Positions 43,194 through 55,331 of a DNA stretch of 64,000 nt are shown here, in pieces. The stretch covers positions 5,087,684 to 5,151,683 of the forward strand of contig MU061814.1 in assembly GCA_013265495.1 (NCBI GenBank), written 5' to 3'. The notes under the pieces are model-generated. The model was not told the DNA's origin. It ran no database searches and saw only the letters and a list, made by a program, of their open reading frames with translations. This DNA comes from Vicugna vicugna. Taxonomy: Eukaryota. The position numbers were made by a program, and so were the translations under genes. Each line of letters begins with the position of its first letter. The first letter of the stretch is position 1.

Positions 43194-46100
43194 CTAGAAC
43201 TGCTGCGTGAGGCGTCGGTAATGAGGCAACACCTGGCTCTCGGGAAGGTACAGAGCGAGTTCCAAGGCCACGAGCACGGTGAACTCAAACCCGATGAGGT
43301 CCCGTCTGTTGAATCGAAACCTCTCTTCCAACTTCTGTGTTGAAGAAGAGCAGGGCGAGGCGGGCTGAGCGGCGGGTCCCCGCCCGGGGGGCCAGGCTGG
43401 GCGAGGGCGGGCAGGGGCAGGTGGGCAGGGCGGGGTGGGGAGGGTGGGGCGGCCACTCACGTCGATGAGCTGCTTCACGCCGTTCCTGCGCAGGTCGCTG
43501 CTGATCTTGGCGGCCAGCAGCACGCAGGCGCCCGCGCACAGCTTGCGGGTCTGCTTGTTGAGCTTGCCCTGCAGGACCAGCTTCTCGAAGTACACGTAGG
43601 CCATGGACACCGTCACGGGCTCCAGGCCGCACTCCTCAGACAGGTTCCGCATTTCTCGCTTTAAACTGTGGGTTCACAGAGCCAAGGCTGGGGGGCCAGG
43701 AGTGCCTACACCCTCCTGAGGGATGTGCCTCCCAGCACCCTTCCCCGAAGGGCAGGGCCCAGCCCCAGGGCCGGCTGGGCGGGCAGCAGGCCAGTCCTGG
43801 CCTCCACTTGCCCCTCGCTGGGGCTTGTGGCACCCAACTGTCCTCAAGGGGGCCCCACAGAGGACAGAGCAGGGCGTGGGCCAGTGTGGGGTGCGACTGG
43901 CAATGCAAAGGCCCTGAGGCATGGGTGTGCCGCAGTGGAGTCTGGACCAGGCGCTGTGGGGCCTTGGTTTCCTCCCCTGGGAGGGGGGACGGTCACAGCG
44001 GGGATGGTGCAGTGGGTGCCAGCGAGGAGGGCGCCGTGGGAGTAGGTGCGACATGCGCTGGGGGCCTGCCTGGGGGAGGCCGCGAGGGGGCTGCTGCTGC
44101 TGGCTTGGCCGGAAGGCATGTGGGTGGGCTTGGGAGGGGCGCCTCTGGGTTTGTCCAGCTCAGGAATCCACCCGAAACGGGAGGTGAGGCCCGTGTGCTG
44201 CTGCGGTGGGCCCGGGGACGCCTGCCTCGGCCCTCCTCACCTCCTGATTTTGCTCAGCGTCAGCTTGATGTGTGGGAACTTCTCCCGGAAGGTCTCGTTC
44301 ATATCCTTCTTGAGGTCGGAGGGTTTCACGTACTCTATCACCGTGGTCTGCAACAGAGAGGGGCCAGGCCCAAGCAGCCAGGCGCCCGGTTGAGGCCTGA
44401 GTGACTTGGGGCGAGGGCTGACCCGGGTGCGTGGCAGCACCGCTTCCCGACGCACGCGCCCCTTGGCGCAGCCCAGCCCCAGCGGCGGCCCCGTACCATG
44501 TAGGACGCGAAGATGAGGACACGCTTGTGCTTGCCGCAGGGCCACTGAGGGTCATCCAGGAGGTCGGGGTTGTACTCTAGGGTATCCCCTGCGTCAGTCC
44601 CTGCAAGCAGAGGGCAGCCCTGACCCACCATGAGCCCTGCGCCCTGGTCAACAGCTTGTGCCAACCCGAGCCTCGGTCAGAAGCTGTCTGGAGCCAGGGA
44701 GCAGCTGGGGCTGAGGGCGTCACTGTGGACCAGGGGAGTGACACTCGGGGGTCCAGGGGCTCCCCCTCCCCTAGAGCTGAGTGGGAGGATGGACGTCCTG
44801 ACAAGGAAGGACCCACAGAGCCATCAGTGGACCCCACTCCCCAAGCCTGGACTGAGCACTGTGGACTCCAGTGTGACTCACTGGTCTGCCTGCCACGTGG
44901 CGCCCCTGGTCCAGCGCCTGTGGCTGCTCGCCCTGCACGGTCAGAGCCCTCAGGCTACCTAGTTCCGGGCCGGCTGGTGTTGCCCTGGCAGGGGCTGGTT
45001 TACATCTTGACCCCGGCAGAGTGCGGGGGACGCTGGGCCGGGGCGGAGGCGGCGGGCCATGGCTGTCCGGCTTGAATGTCACCAGGGCATTGGTGGGGTA
45101 CAGGAACTTGGCGTAGGACACAACCTGGAAAGGCAGTGGGTTGGGCTCAGCCCCATGACCCCATCCAAGACCAGAGGTCAGGCCAGCTCCCCTCTGCTCC
45201 TTCCTGTGGCAGGAAGGCCCCGCACAAACGCTCCCACATGCAGACCAGGAAGGGACCCTGGCGGCTCACGCCGCCAGGACTGCCGCTGATCGCTCCGCGA
45301 GCCCCCCATCCCTCACCTGGGGTCTGGAGCCAGGAGCTTCATCCTGCCTCCAAGCCCCGACCTCCCACACCCTCACCACCCAGCTGCCGGGGGCAGCAGG
45401 CTCGCCCCACAGGCTGCGTGGCTCCCTCCCACGGATACCTTGCATTTTAGAAACTTGAACTGAAACGACCTTGAGCCCACCTCCTGGATACACTAAGTCC
45501 CCCCACTGCTGAGTACAGCGCCAACTCTTACCTTTCCATCCGCTCCCAACTCGACACCTTCCAACTGAAACACCATCTCTGAAGACACGGAAATGCCGCC
45601 GGACGGGTGCCTCTGCTTCTGGCTGTCCCCCCGCAGGTCACTGCAACGCACAGAGCGGGGTGAGCTGCTGGGCCCCCCACCTCCCCACACAGGCTCTCCC
45701 GCTGCCGCGCCCTCCGTGCCTGCCCAGGTGACACTGGTTTCCTCACTGTGGGAAGAGCAGCACTGGCCTCAGCGGCGACACAGGGAAGGACCCCTGTCGC
45801 AAGGACTGTCCGCAACCTGCTCCTTCCCGGGGCACAGGCACTTCCTGTTCACACTCCCTGGAGGCGGGCCAACCTCCACTTCATCCAGCTCGCTCCCCAG
45901 GTGTGTGCCCTCCACCCGCAGCCACGTCCTCGGCCAGCGTGGCTCAGCCCACGGGGTAGAAGGCTTCCTCCCGCCTGTTCTCGTGCCAGGTCACACTGTC
46001 CCCACCCCGACAGCCATATCCCTCTCCCTAGTTACGCGGGGACACAGCTGCCTGGACTGGTCACAGGGACGCACGGCAGTGTCCTGGCTGGACGGACGTC

Positions 46101-49100
46101 CCAGGCACCTGCATTCAGCAGCTCACACGAGATAACAAGTGCGGACATGCCCCTCCCAGAGAACCTGGACCCAGATGGCCTTCCGAACTCCCGAGGAGCT
46201 TCGGTGGAAGCTGGTCTGCTGGCCCCTGTGTGAGGCTGCCACGAGTGGATGCAGCCAGACCAGGCCCCTGCCGCGTGGGGACCAGCCTCTCACCTGACCC
46301 GCAGGCCTTCTCCGTACGGCAGGACTGAGAAGGCCGCACACAGGGACCTCTTGGCACAGATCAGCACGATCCTGAGGGGAGGATGGGGGTTAGAACAGGG
46401 CAGCAGGGGTTTCCAGGGGTCCTTCCTGCCTAGACTCAGGTGATGGGAACTGCCCCAGTGTCCTGGGGGCTCTCAGGTCAGGAGGCCCAGGGCACGGGGT
46501 GAGTCCACCTGGCTGCTAGCTCTCCCTGGTTTCCTCCAGGCACTCAACAAAGGCATCAGGTCTTGTCCAGTCAGTGAGCACGCAGCCTCCACATGATGCG
46601 CTACATGGAGGGCCATGCCTGGCCCCGTGCAGGTGGAGGCCAGGCTTTGGAGGACATGAGAGACAGAGGTGCCCAGAGGATGTTCAGTTCAGGGAGTCTG
46701 TCCTCAGCATCCTGGAGGGACAGGACCCTAACAGGTCCAGAAAGTGCCCAGTTCTATGTCCTAAGCCAAACTGTCCTGAGGGGCCATTGCGTGAGGGACA
46801 CAGCAGGAAGGATGGCCCTCCCTTTCCTCTGGGCACAGCTCTGCCTGGCCCAGCCTCAGTCTAGCAGGGAAGACAACAGTGGGAGACCCACTGCCCTTTC
46901 CTGGCTGTGACAACTGGGCACTGGGGCCCCCTGAAGCCAGCTCAGTACTCAGGCCCAGAGCCTGCTCCTCATACCAGGCCACACCTGTCCTGCTGGGGAC
47001 CATGCTGGGGCGTCAGGGACTGTCCAAGCTACGGCCACCTCTGGGAAGACACAGCACTCCCTGACCAGGGCTGCCTGCTGGAGGCCTGCGCACGGCCTCC
47101 AGCAGGAGAAGGGTCTGGGGACCCTCTGGGTCAGGAGAACGAGGATGATGCCTCAGGGCCTGCAGGGTGGGGTGTGAAGGATGTGGGGTATGAGGGACAT
47201 GGGGTGTGAAGGACAGGTGACAGGAGCGGCCCCCAAAGGCCCCTCACCCAGCACCCACAGGCACAGGGCCTCCGAGGGCTGTGCTGGGCCCCAGCTGCGC
47301 TCTGCACCCCAGTTCCAGGAGGACAGGTCCCCTCTGTGCTTCCCAAATAGAGCAAGGCCTTCTCTCCTGGACGCCCCTGCCCGTCCCCACTATCTCCACT
47401 GTGCCTGCACCTCAGCACGCCTGCTCAGTGGTGGTCCCTGCTGGGTGGCTCCTCACCCAGGATGCACCATGGGCCCTGGAGCTCAGTGAATGTGGGGAGT
47501 AGGGTAGGGAGGTGACGGGGAGGAGGGTCCACTTCTAAAAGGACATGGGGCGGGCTGTGGGGATGAGACTTGTGCACTGAAGGAAGAAAGGGCTGCTGAC
47601 GAGGGTAGCTTGGGGCCGCCAGGTTCGGGGCGCGGAGGACAGCCCCGGCCTCGGCCGCCAGGTTCGGGGCGCGGAGGGCCGCCCCGGCCTCGGCCGCCAG
47701 GTTCGGGGCGCGGAGGGCAGCCCCGGCCTCGGCCGCCAGGTTCGGGGGCGCGGAGGGCAGCCCCGGCCTCGGCCGCCAGGCGGTACCTGCTGCTCTTGGT
47801 GTCGTACTGCCTCATGTTCTTGATGAAGTGAGTCTTCTTCAGGCCTTTGTGTCTCGGGGACCCGGATATGTGTTTTGTCCTGCAGGTGAAAAGCAGGTCA
47901 CTCTTCCCCTCTGGGACTCTCTCTGGCCCTAGGTGAGTGGCCGGGGCACAGGCCGCGGGGCGGGCAGCCGCAGGGCTCCTTACCGCTGAACCGAGGCACA
48001 TCCCACTGTGTCTTCCAGAAACTCGAGGGAGCAGCGCTGGGAGGCGATGCGCCTTCTGTGAAGAGGAAACCGCGGGGCCTTAGGATACACACCGGGGGCT
48101 GCCCTGCAGGTTCTGCTGCAGAACCAGGGCCACAGGCCCCACAAGGTGCCATCTGCTACTCAGGTACCAGGCTCCCCTCTGGGAAGGGAGGCCCCCAGGC
48201 CACGGGGACAGAAGGCCATGGGGTCTGCGGAAAGGTCTGCGTGCTGGGCAGGGCCACCCAAGGGCCAGAGTTTGCTAGAAGAATCTGAGGGGGACGCAGA
48301 GCTGTGGCCAGCTGTACCCTGGTCTGCGGCCGCCTCTCGGAGTTCAGCCCACGGGTCCCAAGAGCGCTCTCAGGCCCAGGACTGGTGGGGCAGGCCACGC
48401 TGGCCCACAGCGGGCTGGAGGCAGGGAGAGACACTTCTGTAAGGTCTCTGCAGGTTTGAGGGCCCAGGTGGAAGCCCCGGGAAGGGGGCGTGGTGGGCTG
48501 GGTAAGGTCCAGTGGTAGCTCTGCAGGACTGGCCCTCAGGTGAGCACCTGTCCTGCCAACCCTCCTCTGCCCACCTGGGGGTGCAGCAGCCAAGAAACCC
48601 GTCTGGAGCCATCACCAGTGCTGACAGCCCTGCCTCGGCCCCACAAGGGCCCTGTACACACCCCACCCCAGTCCCCAGCACAGGACACCCAGGAGCATTT
48701 GGAGGCGACCCAGCCTGCTCGCTGTCTGCCCTCCGCTCCCTGCACGCACCACAGCCCCCCACCAAGGGCCCCCAGAGTGCTGTTCCTTTGGTCTGGAATC
48801 TTCCTTCTCCAGCTCCTCCAGTGGCTATGTCCTCCCTGACTTTGGGCTCAGCTCTTATGTGGCCCTCACTCCCTCCAGGGCAGCTGCAGCCCTGGCACCA
48901 TCACTCTCCTGGGACCACTCGTGCCTGTCACCTGGCGGGAGACACCGGACACCGTGCTTGGCACTCTCCTGCCTCCATCCCCAACCGAGCATCAGAGGAG
49001 CCAATGGGTTTCGCATCAGCCAACAGCTCCTCCTCGCCATGGTCTAGGCCCAGCGGCGGGGATTCTTCTTGGAGCAAAGCCCTGCCCAGTGACAGGGAGC

Positions 49101-52100
49101 AGAAAGCCTGTTAACTAGCACTTCCACCAGACCCGTGCTGAGGAGGCTCTGAGCATCTGGGCATGAGGCCCTGTGGGCTGGGGGCACAGCCTTAGCCACT
49201 CCTCAGGAGGGGACACATGTGGCCTCAGGTCAGGCCTGAGACTGAAGCCCAGAGACCCACAGATGTGCTGGGTGGCCAGGGAGGAGCGCGTCCCAGTACC
49301 CACAGGTGACTGAGGACTAGCCGCCCGATGACAGGGGCTCCTACCAGCTCTCTGAGGTGGGGAAGGTGCTAGGGTTGTCCCAGAGACAAACAGATGTTTG
49401 GTCTGGTTCAAAACCATCCTGGGTGGGGGCCTTACCAGTGCCTAGCACATGCAAGGGAGCTTGGGAGGGCAGCCTCCCACCCAGTGTTGGGCCCAGAAAC
49501 CCAGAGCGGGCTGCACCCTCAGGTCAAGGCCACTACCGTGGCACATCCGCCCACCCCTCTGATTGTGAGGGAGGAGGGCACCGGCCAGGTCAGAGGGAGG
49601 GTGCCTGGGGGAGACGTGGAAGTGCAGGAGGCCTCAGGTAAGGGGACCTGGGGCCCAGGCCCGGCCAGGACAGCAGGGAGGGAAGGAGGGCAGCGGGAGG
49701 CTGTGTCAGGCAGATACCCAGCGTCCCAAGAGGCCCGGGATGGGGCCAGGTGAGCCCTGACCCCACGGCAGCTGTGAGGCAGGCCTGCCTGGAGAGAGCG
49801 CCCACCGGAGGAGGGCGCGTGGGCCCTGGGCACAGGCAGAGAAGCCGGCCTAGCAGGGGCAGGACCGCCCCTGGAGAGCGGCTGGGCTCAGCAGCCCCAC
49901 ACAGCGGCCGGCCTGGCTTCCCCTGCCTTGTCTCCTCGGGTAATTTCCCGGCTGGCCTGTTGGCTCCCACACACCTGGGGCCTCGTCCGCAGGCTGCGGA
50001 GGCCCCCGGCACGCTCCCCCACCCGCCAGGCCGCTGCCCAGGGCCCGTCCGAGCTCTGCCGCCCAGCTCGCCCAGTTCATTCTGGTCACTGCAGCACAGA
50101 TGTCTCTGGTCCCACCAAGTCTGAAGATCTGACCCCAGCTGGTTTCGTGGATCTGACTTTGAGGTGTTCCTCTATCTTTCCTTCCTTGTAAGTGTTTTAC
50201 ATATAAATTCAGTCCTCACGACCCACAGTTTCCAGGTGGCAATTCTGACAGCTGGTGAGAGGCGGGGCTGCGATCTGTGCCCCAGTGGGCGGTCTGGGCA
50301 CCGGCCCCCTCGGCCCCTGGACCCTGCCCCCCCCGGGGGGCCCTCCTGGCCCTGGCGGGTGAGCTGGGATCAAGGCTGCTCCTACACCGTTTTCTCTGGG
50401 CCCCTTTTCTGAGCTCAGCCTGTGTTGCCAGTGATGCTATGACAGACCAGGCCAGCCAAGAGAGGGGCCACTGCTTTCACCCCCGCCCCACCTCCCACTC
50501 CACAGGAGCCAAGGTGTGAGGGAAGAGGACGCCCTGTGGGCCGCTGGCCGGCACAGGAGGCCCAGGCTTGCAGACCCCCTGCTTTCTGAGCTCAGGTGCA
50601 GTTACTGAGGGGTCGGGGCACAGGTGACCCCTGCGTCTCCCCAAGCCTGCCCACCGCTCTCACTCGCTCTCAGAAGTGCCCCTTTAGAATCAGGGACCCA
50701 CACTCCCTTCCCCTCCAGACGTGCTCACAGAAAGAGAAACTGCTACTTTTTAGACAGTTTCGAGCATCTGATAAAGTTCCTTCACTTTGTAACTGAAAAC
50801 CCCCAGCCAAACAGAGAAGGGCTCCTGTCTCATCTGAAGACCACCCAGTCCCAGCCAGGGGCCCAGCGAAAGGGCGGCTGGAACTGGGATCAGACTGTCT
50901 GAGCTCCAACGGCTGCCGCTGCCAGGAGCGTGCGGGCAGTGTCTCGTCCAGCTGGCCCCCCCCCCACCCCGGCCTGAGCAGGGGGCCTGGCACATCGCAG
51001 GCCCTTGTGCCTACCTGCTGAATATGTGGGTGGTCCTAGGTACCTCGTCCCACCAAGTCCCTGCCAGGCAAAATGAAACCCCCGAATTCCAGCGGTCCTG
51101 GGGCTGGTCTCAGCAAGGCCTGTGGTTCCTCTCCAGGCTCCAAAATCAATGACAGGAACAAACTGCCAGATGCTACACTGAAATTGCTTTAACTTGGACC
51201 ACAAGGTGGCTGCTGACCAAGACAGCAACTAAGAGCCCAGGCCCTTTCGCAGAGCCGTCCCTGTGCGGGCCCTCCAGGACGGCGAGGGAGACGTCTCTGC
51301 TCCCAGCTGAGCCGGCAGCATCCTGGCCTTGCCTCCCGCCGTGCTAGTGCCGGGGACGCTAGTGAGGGCTGGTGTCCTGTGTCCCCAAATACACGTTCAA
51401 GTCGCAACCCCTCTTGACTGTGACTACGACCACATTTGGAAATGGGGTCTTTGTAGGTGTAATCAGGTTAAGATGAGGTCATTAGGGTGGCCCTGACCCA
51501 GTGGCTGGGGTCCTCATGAGGCGAGGGAAACACCAGGTGAAGACACTCAGAAGAAGCTGTGTGAAGACAGGCGAAGACTGGAGCATCACAGCCACAAGCC
51601 CAGGACACCCGCGCCAGGTAGGGGAGGCAGGAAGGATGCCCCCCAGAGCCCTCACAGGGGCCCAGCCCCGCCCCACCCTGACCGCAGGCCCATGGCCTCT
51701 AAGACTGTGCGAGGAAACCTGCTGCTGTTTTAAGCGGCCAAGTGTATGATGCTTTAGTCACGGCAGCCCCGGCCTCCCACAGGGAGGAGGGGGCGCTGAT
51801 GTGACGGCGGAGGAGGTGCAGGGGCCTGGCAGGGGCAGAGAGAGCACCTGAAGGCCTGTTTCCGACCCAGCCGAGGAAGCCCGGAAACCTGGTGTGCTCC
51901 TGAGTGTTAAGGGCCCACCGCGTTGAAATGAGAAGAAACTCTGGGTTAGAAGTTCTGGGGAGGAAAACACGGATTCTGATGATCTGCTCACTGGCTTAGT
52001 GAAAAAAGCCACACCAGACTGTGCCCTGGGTGTGAAACACGAACGCCCCACCATGGACCAAGCCATGAGTGCTCCCTGGGCAACGTGGATGTAACTAGCG

Positions 52101-55086
52101 TCTCCGGTGACCCGGCCCCGCCACTGCCACCCTTGAGGAGCCGTTCCCATTCACCCGACCTCACAACAGCCCCTCCAGGAGGTAGTGCTTAACGTAAACC
52201 TATTTCACACAGAAGCAAACTGAGACTCAGAGGGGCCACGCTACCTGCTCAAAGTGGAGCTGGAATTCCAACCCGGTCTGTTCCTAGAACCTGTATCAAA
52301 CCACCGCGCTCGCGACACAGGCCTTGGAAAGAGAACCTCAGAATTCTCTCCGTTCCCCGAAACAACTGAACTTCCAAGTCCACAGCCTGTAGCTAGCAGC
52401 CCCCTTTGCGAGACCAGCCACCCTCCTGCACTCAGCAGTGACTGCCAGTAGCCCCCTCCAGGCCTGGGGAGCACAGAGACACGGACAGCCCCACCCTGGG
52501 AGCCCAGTCTGTCAGGGGAAGGGCAGTGACGCTCAGACACAAGGGCTGGGCCCTGCGCTCGGCTGCAGAGCCTGAGGGGCATATTCTGCATGGGCAGGTG
52601 TGGCCCTGAAGAGGAGAGAGATACCTGAACAGGATTTGAAGGCCAAGTTGGAGGGAGGGCAGGAGAGGGCTCACTGTACAGGTGGGGCCAGGCGAGCTGG
52701 AGGGAGACGGGGATCAGGGAGGGCACAGTGGGAACGCTGGAGGGCACCCAACTCACACCACATCCCAGCTGGTCCCCATGTCCTCCAGGGCGCTGGCCCT
52801 GCACGCTCTCCAGAAACAGCGTGAGCACCCTTGCCAGGCCAGGCTCCTGGTTCCCGCTTCATCGCAGCATCCACCCTCCTGGAAGCCCTTCCACAAGAAC
52901 GGCTCCGTGGGGCTGGATGCTGGCCTGTCTGGTTCACAGGACCTGGCCCACAACGGGGGCACCTACAGTGTTTGCTGACAGTCTGTCCAGCACCACACAC
53001 AGGACCCAGGACTGCGACAGGAAGACAAAGCTGCACAGCGTGGGCTGGCTGCAGGTCCTTGCACCATAGGCCTGGCCCTGGAGTGGCACCGAGTGGCTGG
53101 AACAAGGCCTGGCATGATGAGGGGACCGTCCCCTGGCTGACAGCCGCCAGCCAAGAACAGGCTGGCCTTGGGCTCCGTTTTTAAAGTGGTCTGATTTCCA
53201 ACAAGAAAATAGTCTTCTTGACACCAGTCCCGTCAGATAAGCAGTTCCGTCTCCCCAGGGACAAGGGGAGGGTGGTGCCTGGCTGCCACATTTGGGGCAA
53301 GCTGATCCCTCTGTCCCAACAGGCCCCCAACCCTCCCTGGAGCCTTGGCCAGACCTGGGGACAGGGTCAGGCCATGGGCATCCTCGCGGCCTGTGCAGGA
53401 GGCAGCTGCTTTTCTTATTCCACCCATGAAGCGTGACAGCGGCCTCAGGACCATTCAGAAGAACTCTGAATGCAAAGTCAAGGAGTCCGGCCAGAAGCAC
53501 CGTATTCTGGACTCAACCCTCCCAACCAGAAGTCCCTCAGAAGACCCATCACTTTGACCCTCCTGAGGGCTAGGGGTGTGAGGCAACTGCAGCCAGTGCA
53601 GCTGGGATGACCTCCAGGTAAGGAGAGCCACCTCTGGACACCAGGGAACTGTGGTGGCTTCGAGGTGTCAACCACTCCCGGGGGGCACCAAGCTGCAAGA
53701 CTCTGCACTCAGCCCCTCCCCGCACACCGCCAGGGCCTGTCCCAGAGCGAGCCTGTCCAGAAGCTGTGTCCCCAGACAGTGGCCCTTGAGAAGGGACTTT
53801 GGCGAGCAGCCAGTCCTGGTCCCAGACCCAGGAACCACGTCACTCCTCAAGGAGAAGGTAGGGGAGCAGTGCTCAAGGGTACGGGAAACTGGAGCTTTGC
53901 AGGTGGCTGTGACAGGGTCTCTGAGCGAAGAATGTGCGGTGTCCAGCAGCCGCACTCACCCTTGTCAGGGGGCACAGACAAGAGGGGCAGAACTCGGGGA
54001 GGGGGTGTCACTCTAAGATGGGCTGAGGGGTTCTCAGAAATGCAATCAGGGCAGGGGCAGTAACCTGGGATGTGACAGGCCCAGGGACCTGAGCTCAAGG
54101 GGACAGTGGGGGCAGGGACTGGCGGCGGGGGCTCCAATGACCAGCGGCTGGGAGGTCTGGCCGGCTGCAGGAGACTGTGAGGCTAGACGTCACAATGTGG
54201 GGAAGCTCCCTGGCCCACACGGAGCGGGTCACCCAGTTCAGAGAAGCAGGGGAGCGTGTGGGGATGTTTGTGAGTCCCTGCGTCCATGGGAATGATCAAA
54301 GTGGTTGGGGAGGGGGTGTGTCCAGAGCTGACAGGGCTCTGTGTCTGGGGGCTGATAAGAGCTGAGGGAACCCTGACCCATGTTCAGGGACTGACAAGAT
54401 TAAGAGAACCCTGACCCTACATTCAGGGGTGGCAGAATTAAGGAGACCGTGGCCCTTAACTCTGGGGACTAACACGGCCCAAATGAGACCTTCACATCCG
54501 CGTCCAGGAGTGGTGACAGAGCCCCTGAGGACCCTTGGCTCTGACATCTCAGGCTGATGGGGCCCGGGCAAGACTCCCTTCCAGGGCTGGCAAGGCCCAG
54601 GGTGCCCCAACCCCCTGTCCCTTGTTGACAGGGCCAGAACACCCCAACTGTGAGTCTGCGGCTCACCTACTGATCTCCAAGTTCTATGCCGACAGGCCAC
54701 CGAACCCTGAGTCAAGGGCTCATCCGGATCCCCTAGAGGTCACCTGAGCCCCACAGTATGAGCTGAGCCCGCCCCCCACCCGCTGCTGTGCTGGTGGCCC
54801 CCAGGTCACCCCCACCCTGTGCTCTAGGCTGTCAGGCCCCGGGGCCACCCTGCCCAAGCTGGGCCCCAGGTGATTCCACCAGGTGACCCCAACCCCTGCG
54901 CTGACCCAGCCCCGGGCCCGCCGGCCCGCAGGTGACCCTGACGGCACTCACCTCTGGCGCTGCCCGTCCAGGCCCAGGCCCAGGCCCAGGCCCAGGCCCA
55001 GGCCAACGGGGGCGGGCGCGGGGCTGAGCAGGCCCTGGGGCGCCGAGGCCCTGCTCGCGGGACCGGGCAAGGGCAGGCGGGAGGGC

Positions 55087-55148
<62 letters not shown>

Positions 55149-55331
55149 GGGCCGNNNNNNNNNNNNNNNNNNNNNNNNNNNNNNNNNNNNNNNNNNNNNN
55201 NNNNNNNNNNNNNNNNNNNNNNNNNNNNNNNNNNNNNNNNNNNNNNNNNNNNNNNNNNNNNNNNNNNNNNNNNNNNNCGGGGCCGGGCCGGAGGACGGGC
55301 CCGGGGACCCACCCGCCGCGGCCGCGGCCAT
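43194..55331 (-). CDS. CABLES2: CDK5 and ABL1 enzyme substrate 2; 10 exons: 54952-55331, 47984-48055, 47787-47879, 46294-46371, 45532-45640, 44959-45124, 44497-44600, 44241-44347, 43461-43665, 43194-43334
   Basis: Exons join in frame (1455 nt, 484 aa if the 123-N gap is true length): MAAAAAGG...DGQRQR / [11 protein letters not shown] / [11 protein letters not shown] / [14 protein letters not shown] / [18 protein letters not shown] / cyclin-like box ...[11 protein letters not shown]. Confidence 0.97.
47614..47780. repeat. 39-bp GC-rich minisatellite, 4.3 copies
   Basis: Unit GGCCGCCAGGTTCGGGGCGCGGAGGGCAGCCCCGGCCTC at 47614, 47653, 47692, 47731 (40 bp) plus a partial at 47771. Confidence 0.97.
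51362..51775 (+). mobile_element. MLT1 (ERVL-MaLR) solo LTR in CABLES2 intron 1
   Basis: tgtgtccccaaa...atttggaaatggggtctttgtaggtgtaatcaggttaagatgaggtca...gttttaagcggccaagtgtatgatgctttagtcacggcagccc. Confidence 0.85.
52175..52295 (-). mobile_element. MIR fragment
   Basis: ctatttcacacagaagcaaactgagactcagagg...gagctggaattccaacccggtctg. Confidence 0.65.
54968..55003. repeat. (CCAGGC)6 coding hexamer repeat, encoding (Gly-Leu)6 in CABLES2
   Basis: Six exact units counted. Confidence 0.92.
55093..55146. repeat. (GGC)18 / (CCG)18 coding microsatellite (poly-Pro in CABLES2)
   Basis: 18 uninterrupted GGC units, ending 8 nt before an N gap. Confidence 0.8.
55155..55277. other. Assembly gap (123 N) inside CABLES2 exon 1
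   Basis: N run; length is a multiple of 3 and preserves the reading frame. Confidence 0.99.

Noticed and set aside
43332-43337. NAGNAG acceptor (CAG AAG) at the CABLES2 last exon
   Set aside because: Would only remove one Lys, and AAG is a weak distal acceptor; no evidence of use.
47614-47780. CRISPR-like regular repeat
   Set aside because: Head-to-tail tandem units with no unique spacers, in a mammalian intron.
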